A DNA stretch of 64,000 bases from NCBI GenBank assembly GCA_039621445.1, contig CP154954.1:30570395-30634394 (forward strand), read 5' to 3'. The notes beneath the pieces were generated by a model, which searched no databases, was not told where the DNA came from, and was given only the letters and a program-made list of their open reading frames with translations. Numbering within the stretch: the first letter of the stretch is position 1; each line of letters begins with the position of its first letter. Positions 41,650 through 55,588 of the stretch are shown piece by piece. The translations under genes were made by a program, and so were the position numbers. This stretch comes from Euglena gracilis. Lineage: Eukaryota.

Positions 41650-44620
41650 ATTGACACATCTACATTGTGCTTTTTGTTCCACAGCTTCCAATCCTGCTCG
41701 ACATACCCAACAAAACTAGTTGCTGGCTCCCAGGTGTCCTCCTCGGAAACATACCCTTTCTAGCACACTTTCCAAAGGTGCATACAACTGTTTATGATGC
41801 GATGGAACATTTTATCGAATACAAAGTCATCCGTTGCAGGTCATCTGGAACGGGGATTGAAGTGAAGACACAGGACGGCTTTTGCATTCGGTGGTGCGAG
41901 GTACGGTTTGAATTCGTCCATGTGAACAACTTGAAAACCGTTGGTTAGAGCGACCTTATCGCCCACTGGTACCTAGTATTTCCACGTTTTTCCAAGGGCT
42001 GTGCCAAAGGAGGTCCAAATTGGAAGCTAGCATGCAGGTACGGCTATTACGCACCAACACACAGTCACCAGGACTGTACACAGGTGACTTGACAAAACGA
42101 TTTCCGTTTATTTGCATGTATTTTAGTAACACTATTCTGGACTGCAGAACATAGGACTTCTACTTCCGCCAACCAGGTCGCACAACTGACAATTTGTCAA
42201 AGCGGGTCTCTGGGAGGGAACATCCCCTATGGTCCATTCCGAAAACCAATTTATACGAGGAGGCAGACAAAACCAACCCTGGTAAAGTATTCATACAAAA
42301 AATGTCCTTGGTAGCACTGATATCCAGCTGTTGCGCGAGTCAGCCGGTGAAAGGTGAAGCATATTTACAACGGATTTCACAGCTGCCTCGGCTCTACCAT
42401 TGCCTTTTGGTCTGTATATAATGGAAAAACATTGCTCAATTCCGAGTAAAACGCACAAAATGGTAAACAAACGTGAGGAGATCATATAATCCTGATCACT
42501 CACAATTGCCTTCGGTAAACCCATTGAGAAAATGCATTTCTTAAAAATAAACAGTTGCCAAGGTTTGGTTGTCAACCCTGACTTCTGGCATTGACTGGCT
42601 ACAATATAACCACTCAGTCGACAAACGACAGCAAAACGTAATCGTAAATTTTGACGTATGTTCCTTGGCATGTGACTAATTACAGAAAATACATGTGGAG
42701 AGACGTAAACATGTCCTGTGGTACGGGGAGAAAGTCCATCGTACCATGGGGGTAGTCTCTGAACGGTTTCAAGGCTTGACAAATTTGAAACCGTTGTGCT
42801 ATCCGCAAACAGCGTCAGTATGATTCATTCTCAGTCACGGTTGTGCAGTACCTGTGACCCACGTAAGGAAGAAGTTTGGGGGGCCCAGGGTGACCATGTC
42901 TTTCATAACACAAAATCAAGTCATCAACCAGGTCCTTGGGGACACAATATTTGTAACCCGATTCATTACAGAAAAACCAACCGTAAGGGTGAAACAGTGT
43001 ACTTCTCCTGCACTTCGCCATTACGAAGGCTTGTCACTGGGGGAGTATATCGGGTCGTGAGTGTAATACCATTCGCGGAACAAAAGTGGGGAAGCGGACT
43101 CCGTGCAAGTAAAACTCCGCGGTCTGGACGCGCTTCCACATCGACGACATCCACGCACTGTTAAACGCAGGAAACATTCCTGAAACCGGAAAAGATTCCA
43201 AAAAGTTGTCTGCGACGTCGTTCCGACGTGTGTATTCTTCAGCTTCCGAGTTGCCGTGGAAAGTCGTGTCTCTCTCAACCAGTTTCCCAGAGTTATACCA
43301 ATGGGCCCGGCTGAGAGGATCCGCCACTTCCTGAGTGTGTCCAGGTTTATAAATCACCACTGGATGGAATTGACTTAAAACTTCATTCCATCTTCATCGC
43401 CTTCCAAACGATGACAGGGCAACCGTTCTCCCAGCTGCACGATATCCCGTGACAAATCAAGTTGTTCACTTTGTGGTTCAAAGCAAAAACACTCACCCAA
43501 GTGTCCGCGACGTAATTCCCCCGCCCGGCTATGGTCATGGCGGTAACAGTTTCATTGACCAGTGGTTACTCCGCCAACCAGAAAAAGTCGGCTTCAATAT
43601 ATCTTGTTTGGAGGATCACACCCCGGCTCCTTACAGGGGGGATGATGAGACCACGGACGAATAGTTTAGTGAATTTAGAATGGCGTTGCGCTCATTAAAT
43701 TTCATTTATTTCACCAAAAATTCCGTTGCTGGCGATGCCGCCAGTTCGGACTTGGAGTAGGGGAGCCCGATATCCGTGGGCACGGACCTCTGGGCTGATG
43801 AACAGTTACAGGTAGGACCTGAAACCCACCCACCCCTACCCATCTGTCTGAACAGTTGGTACCTGTAGTTATTTCGGGTCCCGTACTGCCCACTCCACAC
43901 AAATGTATTTCTGCCGTACCCTTCACTTTGCATACTGACCATGGAATTGTTGGTCCAAACAGAAATCTGCATTCAAAAATTTTACACCAAGGTTAAACTT
44001 CTCATTGAGAGTGGTTCTCGAATTGCACTGCTTTTTCGGTTGGGGTTCAAACTGACCCGCTCCTGACAAGCACTAAGAAACCGAGCAAAATTACAACCTC
44101 GGATTACACCAAGAGGTGCGATGGTGAGTTTGGATGTGAGCTCGAGATACTCTTGCCAATCAGTCCCAAAAATCACACACAAACCACACAAATTCAACAT
44201 TTTACCAAATTTTTTGGTTACTGATCGGGACTTCATGGTTCTGACGTAATTCTTGGAAACCCATTTTTTGCCAGTACCGATTGGTAGTGGATTGCCACTC
44301 CCACGGCTTGCACACATCACACAACTTTTCATTGCCAATAAAAACCCCATCACCGTTGGCGCTAACCACGACGACCTCCACGTTTCTAAAACGGTTATGC
44401 ACAACTGCAACGCCGTTATCAACCACACCCGCAACTGTTTTACACAGCCGGGGTACGGAAAAAAATTCCCCCCTTCCTAACGAAACACCAACATGCATTC
44501 CAGCATTCCACAATACGAAGGGCAAGCAAGTAGCTGTACCCCTGTCGTTCCACTTGGCACAAACGCCCTAATGCATGCAGTAATTACGGTGTCCAGCAGT
44601 CACAAGATACACCACAACCA
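41650..44620 (-). mobile_element. Highly decayed chromodomain Gypsy pol (protease, RNase H, integrase, chromodomain)
   Basis: YKPGHTQEVADPLSR, HGHPG, GLPKAIVSDQD..YRPKGNGRAEAAV, KGYVSEEDTWEP. Confidence 0.85.
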
Positions 44621-45377
44621 CGTTTCCCACCAGTTGTGCCGAAACCAGGCACACCGGTACACGACTCACCGGCTAATGCCGCTTACACCACTTACACGCA
44701 CTCCCGCCACACCACAAAACTTCCTTCCAATGTGTGCACTAGAGGAGAATTTCCCCCAATCTGATTTGTATTGTGGACGTTTACTTAAAAATAGAACACT
44801 AATCACAATATTGAAAACGGAATTACCAGTGAGTTGTACACATGGTTACTTCCTGCAATGTTCAGAGATACACCGAGTACTCGAGCAACGTGGATTAACC
44901 TCGTTGTTTGGAAACGCGAAACGTGTAATTTTTAATTCCAATACCACACAATACACGCAGTGCAATGTATGTCAGTTTTGATGCGGAATGGGGAAAAACA
45001 CATCATACCCACACCTCCTCAAACTATCCCTCGAGAATGTGGAGAACACCCCTCTGCTGGCACAGCCACCATGCACCTTTCTGCTTGCACAGCCACCAGA
45101 AAACATCTCTGCAACCGTGTCGACCGTCTCTGAAAATTTTTCACTGACAGGGAAGGTGAAACAACCTTTGCTCTGAAAACTTTGGCCTGGTTCTGCTGGC
45201 AGAGCTAGCAGAAAAAATCTCTGCGACGATGTTCACCGAAACTGAAAAATCCTCACTGACGAAGTCAGTGAGCGGACCTCTGCTAACCACGTTGGGTTGT
45301 CTGATTTGTCACAAACCGAAGCTAAAAATTCTTGACTGACAGAGTCAGTAAAGAAACCTCTGTGCACGATGATCACC

Positions 45378-46217
45378 TGTCCCACCACCTGGGAGCCGCC
45401 GGTCGCCTGTGCGACCGCCGAGTCAGGGAGGACCGAGGGCCCGTGGGGTCCTCGCCGTCGGGGAAAACCAGGGGCGGTCGTCTTTCCGTGGAGAGGCCTG
45501 CGTTTTCTCCGGGGGTTGGTGGGCTCAAGCCAACCCCCGTTTGTTTCACTCAGGTATTTTCCCCAACCACAGCCGGCGCGTAGGATAGTTTTTTCAAGGG
45601 TTTCTCAAAATGTGGTGAAAAAGGAAAAATCTGCCATTTGCAGTGCAACCTCACTTTTCTCTCTGAAATATCACTTTTCTCTGTTTCTATTTCTCACACT
45701 CTCTGACACTCTCTTGCACACCTTGAAGACAAAACCAACCCACAGACCAACCCATTGAATTCCGAAGTCCACAACCCCAAACCATAGATCCAAATGACAA
45801 CAAATCTGTGGGAAACCTGTGGGAGTGACTGAACGTGACGAAGATAATAACCTGGGCAAGCAGGCGAGAGGTAGGGGGTATAGGGGCGGCGGAGAGGGTG
45901 GCGATATTGTAGGCTCCTTCACTCCAACCCAAATCTCCTTCAAATACCCAATAATGCTATTGTCCAAATCCACACTTCAAAACCCACAAACGATGAAATT
46001 ATTCAAATCCAACTCCAATGTATGCCGTCTTTTCCAAAAAATGCGGAAACCCCCTCAAGTTCTTTAAAAAAAAACAGATTTTGAAGAAGCTTATTAATTT
46101 GACCCGCATCCAATTTCTTTCGCAGGTTTTTTTTAACAGTTTGGCTATTACTCGAGACTTTTGAAATTTGAGCTTTCTGGCAATTTTTTGGCTGCTGGAC
46201 AAAGCCCGCGGCCGACA
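45378..46217 (+). repeat. LTR (~840 bp)
   Basis: TGTC...GACA termini. Highly similar inverted copy at 56217-57047. Confidence 0.75.
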
Positions 46218-46249
46218 GATTGTCGGGGAATCAGGGAACAGGGCGTTCA

Positions 46250-46950
46250 CCTCTTATACGTACCGGAAAAAGTACTTAAATCGTGTTTTCTCACAATCTC
46301 GTTCGCGAAGTGGATTATCCTCTTCTCCAGAGTCACCGAGAGAATACCGGTACACCGGTCATGGTCGACAGGAAACCTGTTCACCATGACAGTCCGACGG
46401 TAGGCCCTGTTCAAGTCCTCGTTGCTCCAGCGTTGGAGCCTTTCATGGTCATGCTTGAGGATCTGAACAAAGCTGCAAGCTACCCGGCTTCGGAATTTCT
46501 GGATTAAGCACGAACGCTTAGGTTTCCTTCTTGCGTACGCTCCACTTGACTTGACCTTTGCGTCGTCGCCCTGTAACTTTGTACTGAAAAAAGTCACAGG
46601 TCGGCGTTCGTGTGGCGCGTTAGGCTGGATAAAAACCCTGTCGCTATCGACTAGCACGCATGGTTTGTACGGGTGAGGACGTGGTGACCACGTTCCGCCA
46701 AAGCAAAACCTTCATTTTCTCAAGGGCTTCACACGTTGGGTCATACTCAATGACTTTGGTGTTGCAAACTGCCTGGACTTTGAGCTGTTTGGTGAGGGGT
46801 GCCCCAAGTTTGGGGAAAGTACTCATGTAAATTGTGTAATATTGGGCTAATTCCAAAGCTTTTTGAGGTGAGTAATGTTTTTGAGTACCTTTCACCAACC
46901 CTGTGGTCTGTGAATTTTCTGAGGAATATGCAGAAATCTGCTCGTTTCCC
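46250..46950 (-). mobile_element. Gypsy RT-end / RNase H fragment
   Basis: LELAQYYTIYMSTFPKLGAPLTKQLK; RRPVTFFSTKL. Confidence 0.7.
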
Positions 46951-49900
46951 GGCCATTCTGTCCGAAGTTCAGATTGTGGTTAAAATTTTCTGGTTTCTGC
47001 GACAGAAATCTGTGTTCAGAACGAAAAGGAAACTTAATTTTATGCAGCCCATTTTTCGGAACCTGTGACATCTTTACAAATAATGATGGAAGCTGTGGAA
47101 TAAAAACCTTTTTGAGGCTGCAGAAACTTTATCGTCTTAGTAATTTTCAGAAACGACACAAGAATCAGAATATGATTCTTACTCGAAGAGGGGGTTAAAG
47201 ACATGCAGAGGACCATCACGGTGGCAGGGCCTGAAAACATACAGGTTCCACTGCACAGCAGTGATGACGAACCAGAACCCCCAGCTTACGAAAGTGAAAT
47301 AGAGGAAGAAAAACAGGCTGAAAACGCAACAATTCAGAAAATGGTCATGCGAAGAACGAAAGCTGCTGGAATGTGGCCAGTACATTTTTCAGGCTTTTCA
47401 GCAAATTTCTGTGTCATCACGAGACAGCACCCCAGGGCCAGAACAAAAAAATATTTTTATCAGCCCGGCCAGAACCATTGCTGGTTAACACAGAGTTCAG
47501 AATCGCAGTCAGCACTGCCAGCTGCAGTCCTGCATCAGGTTTTTTTATCCAGCCCAGCCGGTTTCGGCTGAGATATCTGCCCCAGCCCAGATTCCTTGGC
47601 AGGTGTTTCACCCAGCCCAGCAATTTTCGGCTGATACATCTGTCCCAGCGATCATGGGGACAGCCCAGACGACTTTACAGGTTTTTCAGGCTTCCCAGAT
47701 ATTTGCGGCCAAGACATCCGTTCCATGAATGATGGGGCCAGCCCAGATGTGTGGGAAGGTTTTTCAGCCAACGTTAAGAATGTCTTCAAACACGTGCCCA
47801 GCCCAGGTTTTTCAGTCAATTAAGCCAGATTTTCCACAGGCCCAGCCACAAAATTTACAGCCAAATACCAGTTTTTCTGCAGGAACTCGGTCCAAAAACG
47901 CGGGAAATAGGCAAGATGTGAAACGGAATCTGGGAATACCCAATCTGATGATGATTGGAACAACAGGGGTGAAGAAATCAGTTGTAAAATTGAATGTTTG
48001 CATGGCAGAGTTTTGGGGCAGGATGTAAAAAATCCTGGTGGGTGAGGCAGAAAAGCAGGCTAAATCAGGCATTGGCCATGTCACAGGGGCAGACACTGAA
48101 TCTGGCATAAATGTTCAGCGAATGTCTGATCACATTGCCATGGTAAAACTTCACATTCATGCTAAACTCAGTGCAACCGGAAACAACTTGCTTTCGCAGT
48201 TTCAGAAAAACGGTGAAATGGTGCAAAGTCTGGCCCAATGCCAAAGGCATTTGTTGAGTGTGGAAATGGAACGGCATTTTGCTTAAAAAGTGAAGAAAGT
48301 GGGGGATGGAGTTCACACGTGTTTTGAGACCCAGGTTGAGGGGTTGAGAAAAAATCAGAGGTACTTTTCTCAGAAGCTTTCGATTTTGGAAAAAATCCGT
48401 GGGGGAAATGCATGTGGTGGTACAGCAAGTGAAGGAAAAGGAAAAACATCAGGAAATTGCTGTTAATCAGGTCAAAAATGCAGTCGGTGGGCTAATCTCT
48501 GGTCTGGAGGGACGCATTGGGATTATTTTTCAGCAATGAATCGATTTGGGGGCGACTGAGTGTGCCTATTTTCAGGCACAGGCTGAGAATCAGCGGCAAC
48601 ACATCAACTGATGAAAACTGGGGTAGCTCCAAAATGTTCCGGACAGCCAAAAGACTGTATTTAATTCGTGCAGGATTGGGAGCAGTATTTCAGGAAGTTG
48701 GTTACTTTGCAAAATGGACATTTGTCTGATTCAATCAAAGTTCCAGCTTTTTACAACGACTGTGGATGAAATAAATCGAAAGGAGTTGCAATTCCGAATG
48801 GAATTGAAGGGAAAACGTCTTTTGAGGAGGAATTTGACAGGCTTGAAGGCAATTTGCAGGATTTAGCACACCTGTTCCAGAAAAACGTGGTATGATGTAA
48901 ACCTCGTAAACCAAGGGACAAGCACCGTACAGGATTGGCAGGACTTTGTCATAAATTTTAAAATGGCCTGGAGACACGTGAAAAGTGCCATTGACGATGA
49001 GGCAGAAAGCCTGGTCAAGGGGAAACAGCCAAATTTCATTTTGTATTGGGTCGCCGATGAGGAGGAATAGAAATCAACGTGTGGACCGAAAGTCAAAATG
49101 TACCCCAGAGTGCCAGTAACCGGGGAAAACATTATTTGTGCCTTGGAACGTGTCACTGGGGAAAAGCCCTGCATGGTTTTCAAATTTTCACCGCTGGAGT
49201 TCGAAGTCTTTTTGACGAATACCACAATTTGCGACAAACTGAAAGAGGGCAGTGGGAAACCAATCACAGGCACGGATAAAAGGATTAAAATTGGTGAGGA
49301 ACAGCCAAAAATGGGAGCTGAAGAAATTTTCCTTTTTTTTAGCGAAAACTGTCATCCAGGGATAATCAAGTCATGCTACGCAGTTCCAATGAGCCAAATG
49401 GGTCCGGAAACCAGAGGGCCAGGTCTGCCAAGGCAGACCGGGCGAAGGGGTCCAGGACATCCTCCCCAGCACGGTCATCAAAGGGGGGTGAAACACCGGC
49501 AAAACCGTCCGTTGGAAAACAGATTCACCGTTGGCAGCTCCAGCGACCAATGCAAACGTGTACCCCCCAGTGCAAAATCCAGTGGCGGTGATTCGATCAC
49601 AGTCATTTTCATCCCCCCCCTGCCATCTCAAATTAGCAATGGGGGGGATGCAGAAACGATTTTGCGTGGAATCCCAATGCCAATGCCAATTCCCAGGGAC
49701 ATCAGTGGTGGCACTCAAATCAAAAGAATCTTAATTCACAGTCTGGTGGTCGAAAAGGCAAAGAAAAGGGGAAAGGAAACACTTCATGGGAAAAGGAAAC
49801 AACGGAAATGACTGGTCTTGAGGAAAGGGCCATGACGGTAGAAAAGACAAAGGCAAAGGAAGGGGAAAAGGAAACCGATTCTAGGATAGCCGGGGTGGAC

Positions 49901-50149
49901 CGTTGGTTACGCGAGCCGCCCCGGGCTCACATACCCAGCCCCACACAAAAACATACGCAAATCCCAGGTTGCAAGAAAAAAAACGTGTGATTAAAAACGA
50001 AGGCACGATGAAAAAACTGCCATCCCGGGAGATGTCTGCCCAAGGTGTGTGCACTGTGTCGGATGCGCGCGTGCGTGACGGACAAATTTGTGGCTCGGCC
50101 CGAACCTGTAAAAAAACAGACCTCATAAGAGTTCGTAAGCCTTCCGTAA

Positions 50150-50745
50150 AGATTAGAGCTTTATAATTTTTTTTGCGGTAAGGGCTCGGTTGGGGATTGC
50201 CTAAGACAGCAAGGGTTTAAAGTAATTTCAGTGGACATAAACTTCAGATCTAACCCAGCCCACTGTGCGAATATTTTGGAGTGGAGATATTGGAAGTCCC
50301 CCCAGGATTTTTTCAGATCATCGCTGCAGGGGTGCCTTGTACAGAATACAGCTTGGCCAAAAAATTGGGAGTCTGGAATTTGGAGAGGGCAGATCGGCTG
50401 CTCAAAAAAATTCTGGAAATTCTGGAACATTTCAAACCAAAGTTGTGGTGGATTGAGAATACTCGTTATGGACTTTTGTGGAAAAGACGCTTTGTTCAAA
50501 ATCTGACTTTTTTCGATGATGATAATTGTCAATTTTCAGATTGGCGATATCAAAAACCCACCCGAAACTGGGGGAGCTAAAATATGATCATGCTACAAAA
50601 CAAACTTTGCGATGTCCAGACCTGCCCGAATTGAATTGCTGTGGGGAGGAGTCACCGTGAAAATTTCGGAGGGTATGGAATGACAGTTGGTCCCCAGAAA
50701 AAATGGAGGACGCCCAAACAATTGGTGGAGAATTTGCTAATCGCG
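50150..50745 (+). pseudogene. C5-cytosine DNA methyltransferase domain
   Basis: IRAL*FFCGKGSVG (I), KVISVDIN (II), IIAAGVPCTEYSLAK (IV), WWIENT (VI), CQFSDWRYQKPTRNWG (VIII), KWRTPKQLVENLL (X). Confidence 0.9.
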
Positions 50746-50764
50746 CTGGAACAAAAAAAGGGGA

Positions 50765-51165
50765 TATCGTAGGGAGGATTATGCCGTTAGTAAAGTTTGC
50801 AAGGTGGAAATTGAGAAGAAATTTCGGGTTAAGGCCGACCGGAATTGTTTTGCAACCAGCCAAAATACCAGGAGTGAAAGGTTTTACGTGGAGGATTATA
50901 ATGCAATGGAAAAGGAGTGGGGGATGGAGGAAGCGTTGCGGATGAACCCCCCTGCACTTTGTTGCCTGATGTGGCTGAACACTTGCAAAATTCCAATTGT
51001 CGGCCAATTTGCATTTGCCCAGACTGGAATAGGAGGTTGTTGAAAAATCTGGAGGCTTTGGCCGTCAAAAAGATTTTTTTTCCAAGGGGACAAAATTGTT
51101 TGAGGTTGTCAGGAAGATTTTGAGGGGAAACCAGTGGGGGGTGTGGGCCTTGTTGATCGGTAGAA
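50765..51165 (+). pseudogene. Dam-like N6-adenine DNA methyltransferase domain
   Basis: EDYAV..NCFATSQNTR..NAMEKEWGMEEALRMNPP/CTLLPDVAEHL..ICICPDWNRR. Aligns motif by motif with the DIRS MT at 28650-29010. Confidence 0.8.
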
Positions 51166-51279
51166 GGCAACCCTCCCAGGGGGGGGGCAGTTCCAGGGAA
51201 GAAAAATTTGATTCGGCTGAAAACAAGCATGTTAAAGGGGACAAAAACTCGGGGAAGAGCAAAGAAACTTGGAGAGGAC

Positions 51280-51620
51280 AGACAACTTCTGTTAAAAACC
51301 CAAATCTGGTTGACCAATGGGGAGGAGAAAACATCCCCAATTTTGATTGACACGGGGGCTGAGGCAAACCTCATTCGACAAGGGTTGATAAGGGAACACC
51401 TAATGTATCCTGCTAAGGAATCGCTTGGGTTTGAAACGGCCAATGGGAAAACTTTGGCGGGGGGGAGCAGATGTGCTAAGGTGCAAATGATCCTTCAGCG
51501 AAATTGGAATCAGGAAAGGGAACCTGGGTGTGTGTAATATGAGGTTTAATTTTATGAGTCAAATATAAAATTTGACGCAATTATTTCCTATCTTTGGTTG
51601 GCGGAGGCAAAACTCAGAAT
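51280..51620 (+). pseudogene. Retropepsin aspartic protease
   Basis: ILIDTGAEANLIRQGL..GFETANGKTLAGG. Confidence 0.9.
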
Positions 51621-51979
51621 ATTTCACACACCACAAGATGTAGGTGAAAGACAGCCCCGAAATGATTCTCTTGCGGTCCGCAAAAAATTAGGATGACACA
51701 AGTTTTTCAGTGGACAACGTGACTGTGGCGGACGGGTCTTTGTTTGGGTTGCAAAGTTTGGTCTTTGCTTGCCTTTGGAGGGGTTGGACCAGGTCCTCGA
51801 TTTGCAATTTTTGAGTGATGAGTACCTAAGGGAGGTTGCCACAAGTCCCGAAGGAAGTGAAACCCCAGTGCAGGTTAACAACCGAAAGATAATTGCAAGG
51901 GAGGGGGAGGACCAAAAAGAGGATTAACGGGTAGTCAAGTTGAGGTAACAAGTTTTTCAAGATTTCAGGGGAACGGTAT

Positions 51980-53390
51980 TTTGGTCATCGCCATTTACAG
52001 ACCCCCCCCCCCCGAAATAGGGCAATATGGTTATGCACACATACCGTTAACGAAGGGGGCAAAGCCCAACAGGCAGAGGTCTTTTTTCATGCATGGTGAG
52101 AGGAAACAGACACTTGAAAAAAATCGCCCAAGACTGGTTTTACAAAAAAATACATTGAGCCGGCCTCAGCCAAGGGTTCTGAATGGCTGTCACAGACTTT
52201 TCCAGTACCAAAAAAATCCAAGTATTTTCATTGGAGGCGGCTGGTTGACCTCAGGGGCCCAAACAGCCCAACAAGGCGATGCAACTACCCCCTACCCAAA
52301 ATTGAATACATTTTGGTCAAACATGATGCAAACCAAAATGCTTTCGATTAACGATTTGAAGCAAGCTTTTCACCAACAACCTCCACACCCAGAACGTCGA
52401 CCCATAACGTGTTATTTCACCCCCAAAGGCATTTTTCAACGAAGTGTGAATGGGTTTGACAAAAGCCCCCCAGCAATTTCAGCAAATGATCGATGACCGT
52501 TTGACGCCATTAAGGGATATCGCCACAGCGTACATAGATGGGATGCTGGTGGGAACAACAGTCGGGGAAGGGGAGGACCTGGTTGTGGTTGGGGCACATG
52601 AAAAAGATTTGAGGAGGGTGTTGGAGGTGCTCAAAACAGAACTTTCGGTGGCTGATGAATTCAAAGCCAAATTTTTAATTGAGGAGGTTGACTTTTGTGT
52701 GCAAAATTTAAGGAAATGGGACGAGGAGACCAACACCGGGTAAACTACAAGCGATCGAAAAGTGGGAGATTCCAAAAACAATTCCAGCTTTGAGAACCTT
52801 TTTAGGATTCGTAAATTATTACAATGCATACATTCACATGTATGCCGAAGTAGCAGCCAGGTTGCAAGACAAGTTGAAAGTCCCAAGAGAGATTTTAACG
52901 AAAGGAAGTCGAAAACCTTTGGAATTTGATGGGTAAGATTTAAAAGCTTTTCAGGAGCTGAAAAAAAAGATGTGTTGCGGCCTAATGTTGCAACGGGTAG
53001 ACCCAAATAGACCCTCTGTGCTAAGGGTAGATGCCAGTGGGTACGCAGTGGGGGCAACGTTAGAGCAAATGAATTAAGGGAGAGGAAGGCCCACAGCCCA
53101 AAATTTTATTGAGAAAACAACTGTGCCTTTTATGTCGCAAAAATTGACCGAGGGGCAAAGAAAATGGACCCCCAGTTAGAGACGTACGCCATAATATTGG
53201 CACTACAAAGATGGGAGAGTTGGATTGGATTGGAACCCGTTTTGGTTTTAACCGACCACCAAAGTTTCGAGTCATGGACAAGGGAAGTCCTGGACACACC
53301 CAGTGGTCCGGTTGGGAGAACGGCGAGATGGTAAAAAAAAAACCATATCCGATATCCTTAGTCAGTGGGCATACCCAGCCTCACAAGCAG
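51980..53390 (+). pseudogene. Reverse transcriptase + RNase H (Gypsy)
   Basis: NDLKQAFHQ, MGLTKAPQQFQ..AYIDGMLV, LRVDASGYAVGATLEQ, LTDHQS. Confidence 0.92.
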
Positions 53391-53949
53391 TAAGGGACAT
53401 AAATAAGCACGGGTCGACCGAAGACAAGGATGAAATTGAAAATTTTATCCGGGAGGAAAAAGAACTGGAAAAACACTGTTTGGAGATAAGAATCAAAAAC
53501 CAGCCCAATTTTTCGTAATGCCTGGATACAGGGGGGGACAACCCGTAGTGGCAAAAACGTAACACCTGAGGAGGAAAAAGAAGAGTGCACAAGGAGGGGA
53601 ACCAAGGGTGAGTACACCCAGGAGGAAAACAAAACACCCCTGTGGACACCCACTCACAAGGGCCCAGGATACAGAGGAGTTCATTTTTGGATGAGAAAGT
53701 GGGGGGAGGCTACCCTGTCCCGGAGACGGCTGAAAGTTCGAGGAGGGACACTCGTATGGAAATGGGGGACGCCCTGCCAAGTACGACCCCTAAGAATATT
53801 ATGCCCGTATGGGAGCGCGACTGGGGGCAAGCATATTCCCAATGCACCACATGGAAAGTAAAATGGGTAGCTACCAAAGGTGGTTGAATTTGGCCAAAGA
53901 ACTTCAAAGTGCTAAAAGGCCAATTTTTTTTTCAAGGAAACGTTGTGTG

Positions 53950-55270
53950 TGCCTGAAAGTTTTCAACGCTTCGTGATTCAAGAAAATAACGAGATTTTGG
54001 GGCATGTTGGCACTGAAAAAGTTTGAAAAACACATGGCACCTCGTTTTTTTGGGCTGATGAAAAGGCTGCAAAGAACTCAATCAAAATTGCAGCAAAAAT
54101 TGAACCAAGCGAGTGTGAGGGGGGAGAGTTTGAAAGGACCGATCGAGTCCACACCCATACCCCCTGCACCAATGACAAGTGTTGCCATCGATTTGTTTTG
54201 AATGCCGAGGGTTTTAAACGATGGGGGGGAGTATGACACCCTAGCATTTGTGTGGATAGGCATTCGGGATGGATTGTGGGGGTTGCATGCAGGGACATGT
54301 GGTTGACTGGTGCCAAGTTGGATAAGGAAATGGTGACAAATCGGTGGAGGCCTTTTGGGGTTCCTTCGGTCATTTCAAGTGACCAAGGGAGCCATTTCAA
54401 AAGCACTTGGTGGAAAACAAATGTGTGCACTTTTGGGGATTAGGTTGGCATATTCCAATGCATACCACCACCAAGCAAACGGGAAGGCTGAGAGAGCCGG
54501 ACAACAGGTAATGGAGGCGTTCAGGAAATTGTATGTGGAGGAAAAAAATAATTTGGTAGAGGCTTTACCCAAGCTTTAGACCGAATTAAAGATGTAACGG
54601 TGGAAAGCGGGTACAGCCCATGTGAAATGTTGCATGGAAAGGAACGACCATTGGCAGGGGTACCCTACCAACCACCCAAAGAATGTAAGTATCCGATGGA
54701 TGTTTTCCGTAGGACGCAAGACATTGATGGGGGGTGGCTAGGATACTCAACAAAAAGCATGAGGAGGAGGTGGCAAGGATAAATAAGCCGCGGAAAAAAA
54801 TGGACCCCTAAAGACGGGGACGACGGTTTGGTGTAGGAGACCCGAGGTGTCGAGGGTGCTTGACTCTGGGTGGGTGGGACCTGGGGTCGTGAAGGGTAGA
54901 GAAGGGGAACGGAGTTATGTGATTGAGATGAAACCTGGGGTGAACACAAAAGCCCGTAGGAGTTTTTTGAATGAATATCGGGATCCCCAAGTTAAATAGA
55001 AGGTGATGCCTCTGTTTTATTATGAACGGACCGAAAAAGAAGAAGAGGCATTACCTGACGAGTGGGAGGTAAAGAAAATTACAAGGCGATGGAAAGGAAA
55101 AGATGGAAAATGGGAATTTTTGACAAAGTGGGTCGGAAATGAGGACGAGGAGGAAACTGGGGACGCAGCTGGAAGTTTCATTCACAGGTTCAGAGGGGAG
55201 TTTGTAAAATATAGTCGTGAGAAAAAAGTGAGAATAGATATAATGTCCGAAATACAAATTGACGGTGGGC
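53950..55270 (+). pseudogene. Integrase + chromodomain
   Basis: MTSVAIDLF, DRHSGWIV, FGVPSVISSDQGSHF, YHHQANGKAERA, DEWEVKKI..WEFLTKWVG. Confidence 0.93.
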
Positions 55271-55333
55271 CGGAGGCTCTAAACTGATCGGCCCTGGATA
55301 AAGCTCTACGGTGAGCCAAATGGGAAGGCAAAG

Positions 55334-55588
55334 TGCTGTAGAAATTCAAAAACCGGATTTGTACGTCAGTGTGGGTGTCAGTGCACGCACATACACATGA
55401 GCGTGTGAATGAGAGAATATACAGATGCAGGACGCTGCCAAGGAGAATGGAGAAATATAGAAAAAGGCCCCGCATGGCGGCCGGGAGTGCGAAGTTGCAC
55501 CATAGTATATTCGTTGCTCATCTGCAATATTTGTCGTCCGCTGTCCCTCTTCCCTTCACTCCCACTACCTTACCCCGCGTTGCCGTCA
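55334..55588 (+). repeat. Putative 3' LTR of the MTase-bearing Gypsy
   Basis: Purine tract gggaaggcaaag then TG...gccgtCA; end motif shared with the 840-bp LTRs. Confidence 0.5.

Larger units (their letters stand above)
46960..55588 (+). mobile_element. Chromodomain Ty3/Gypsy retrotransposon: gag - C5 MTase - N6A MTase - PR - RT - RH - IN - CHD - 3' LTR (decayed; 5' LTR not seen)
   Basis: All domains are colinear on the + strand; see sub-features. Confidence 0.9.

Noticed and set aside
50150-51165. Bacterial restriction-modification operon or contamination
   Set aside because: No nuclease. The MTases are embedded between gag and protease and are decayed like the rest of the element.
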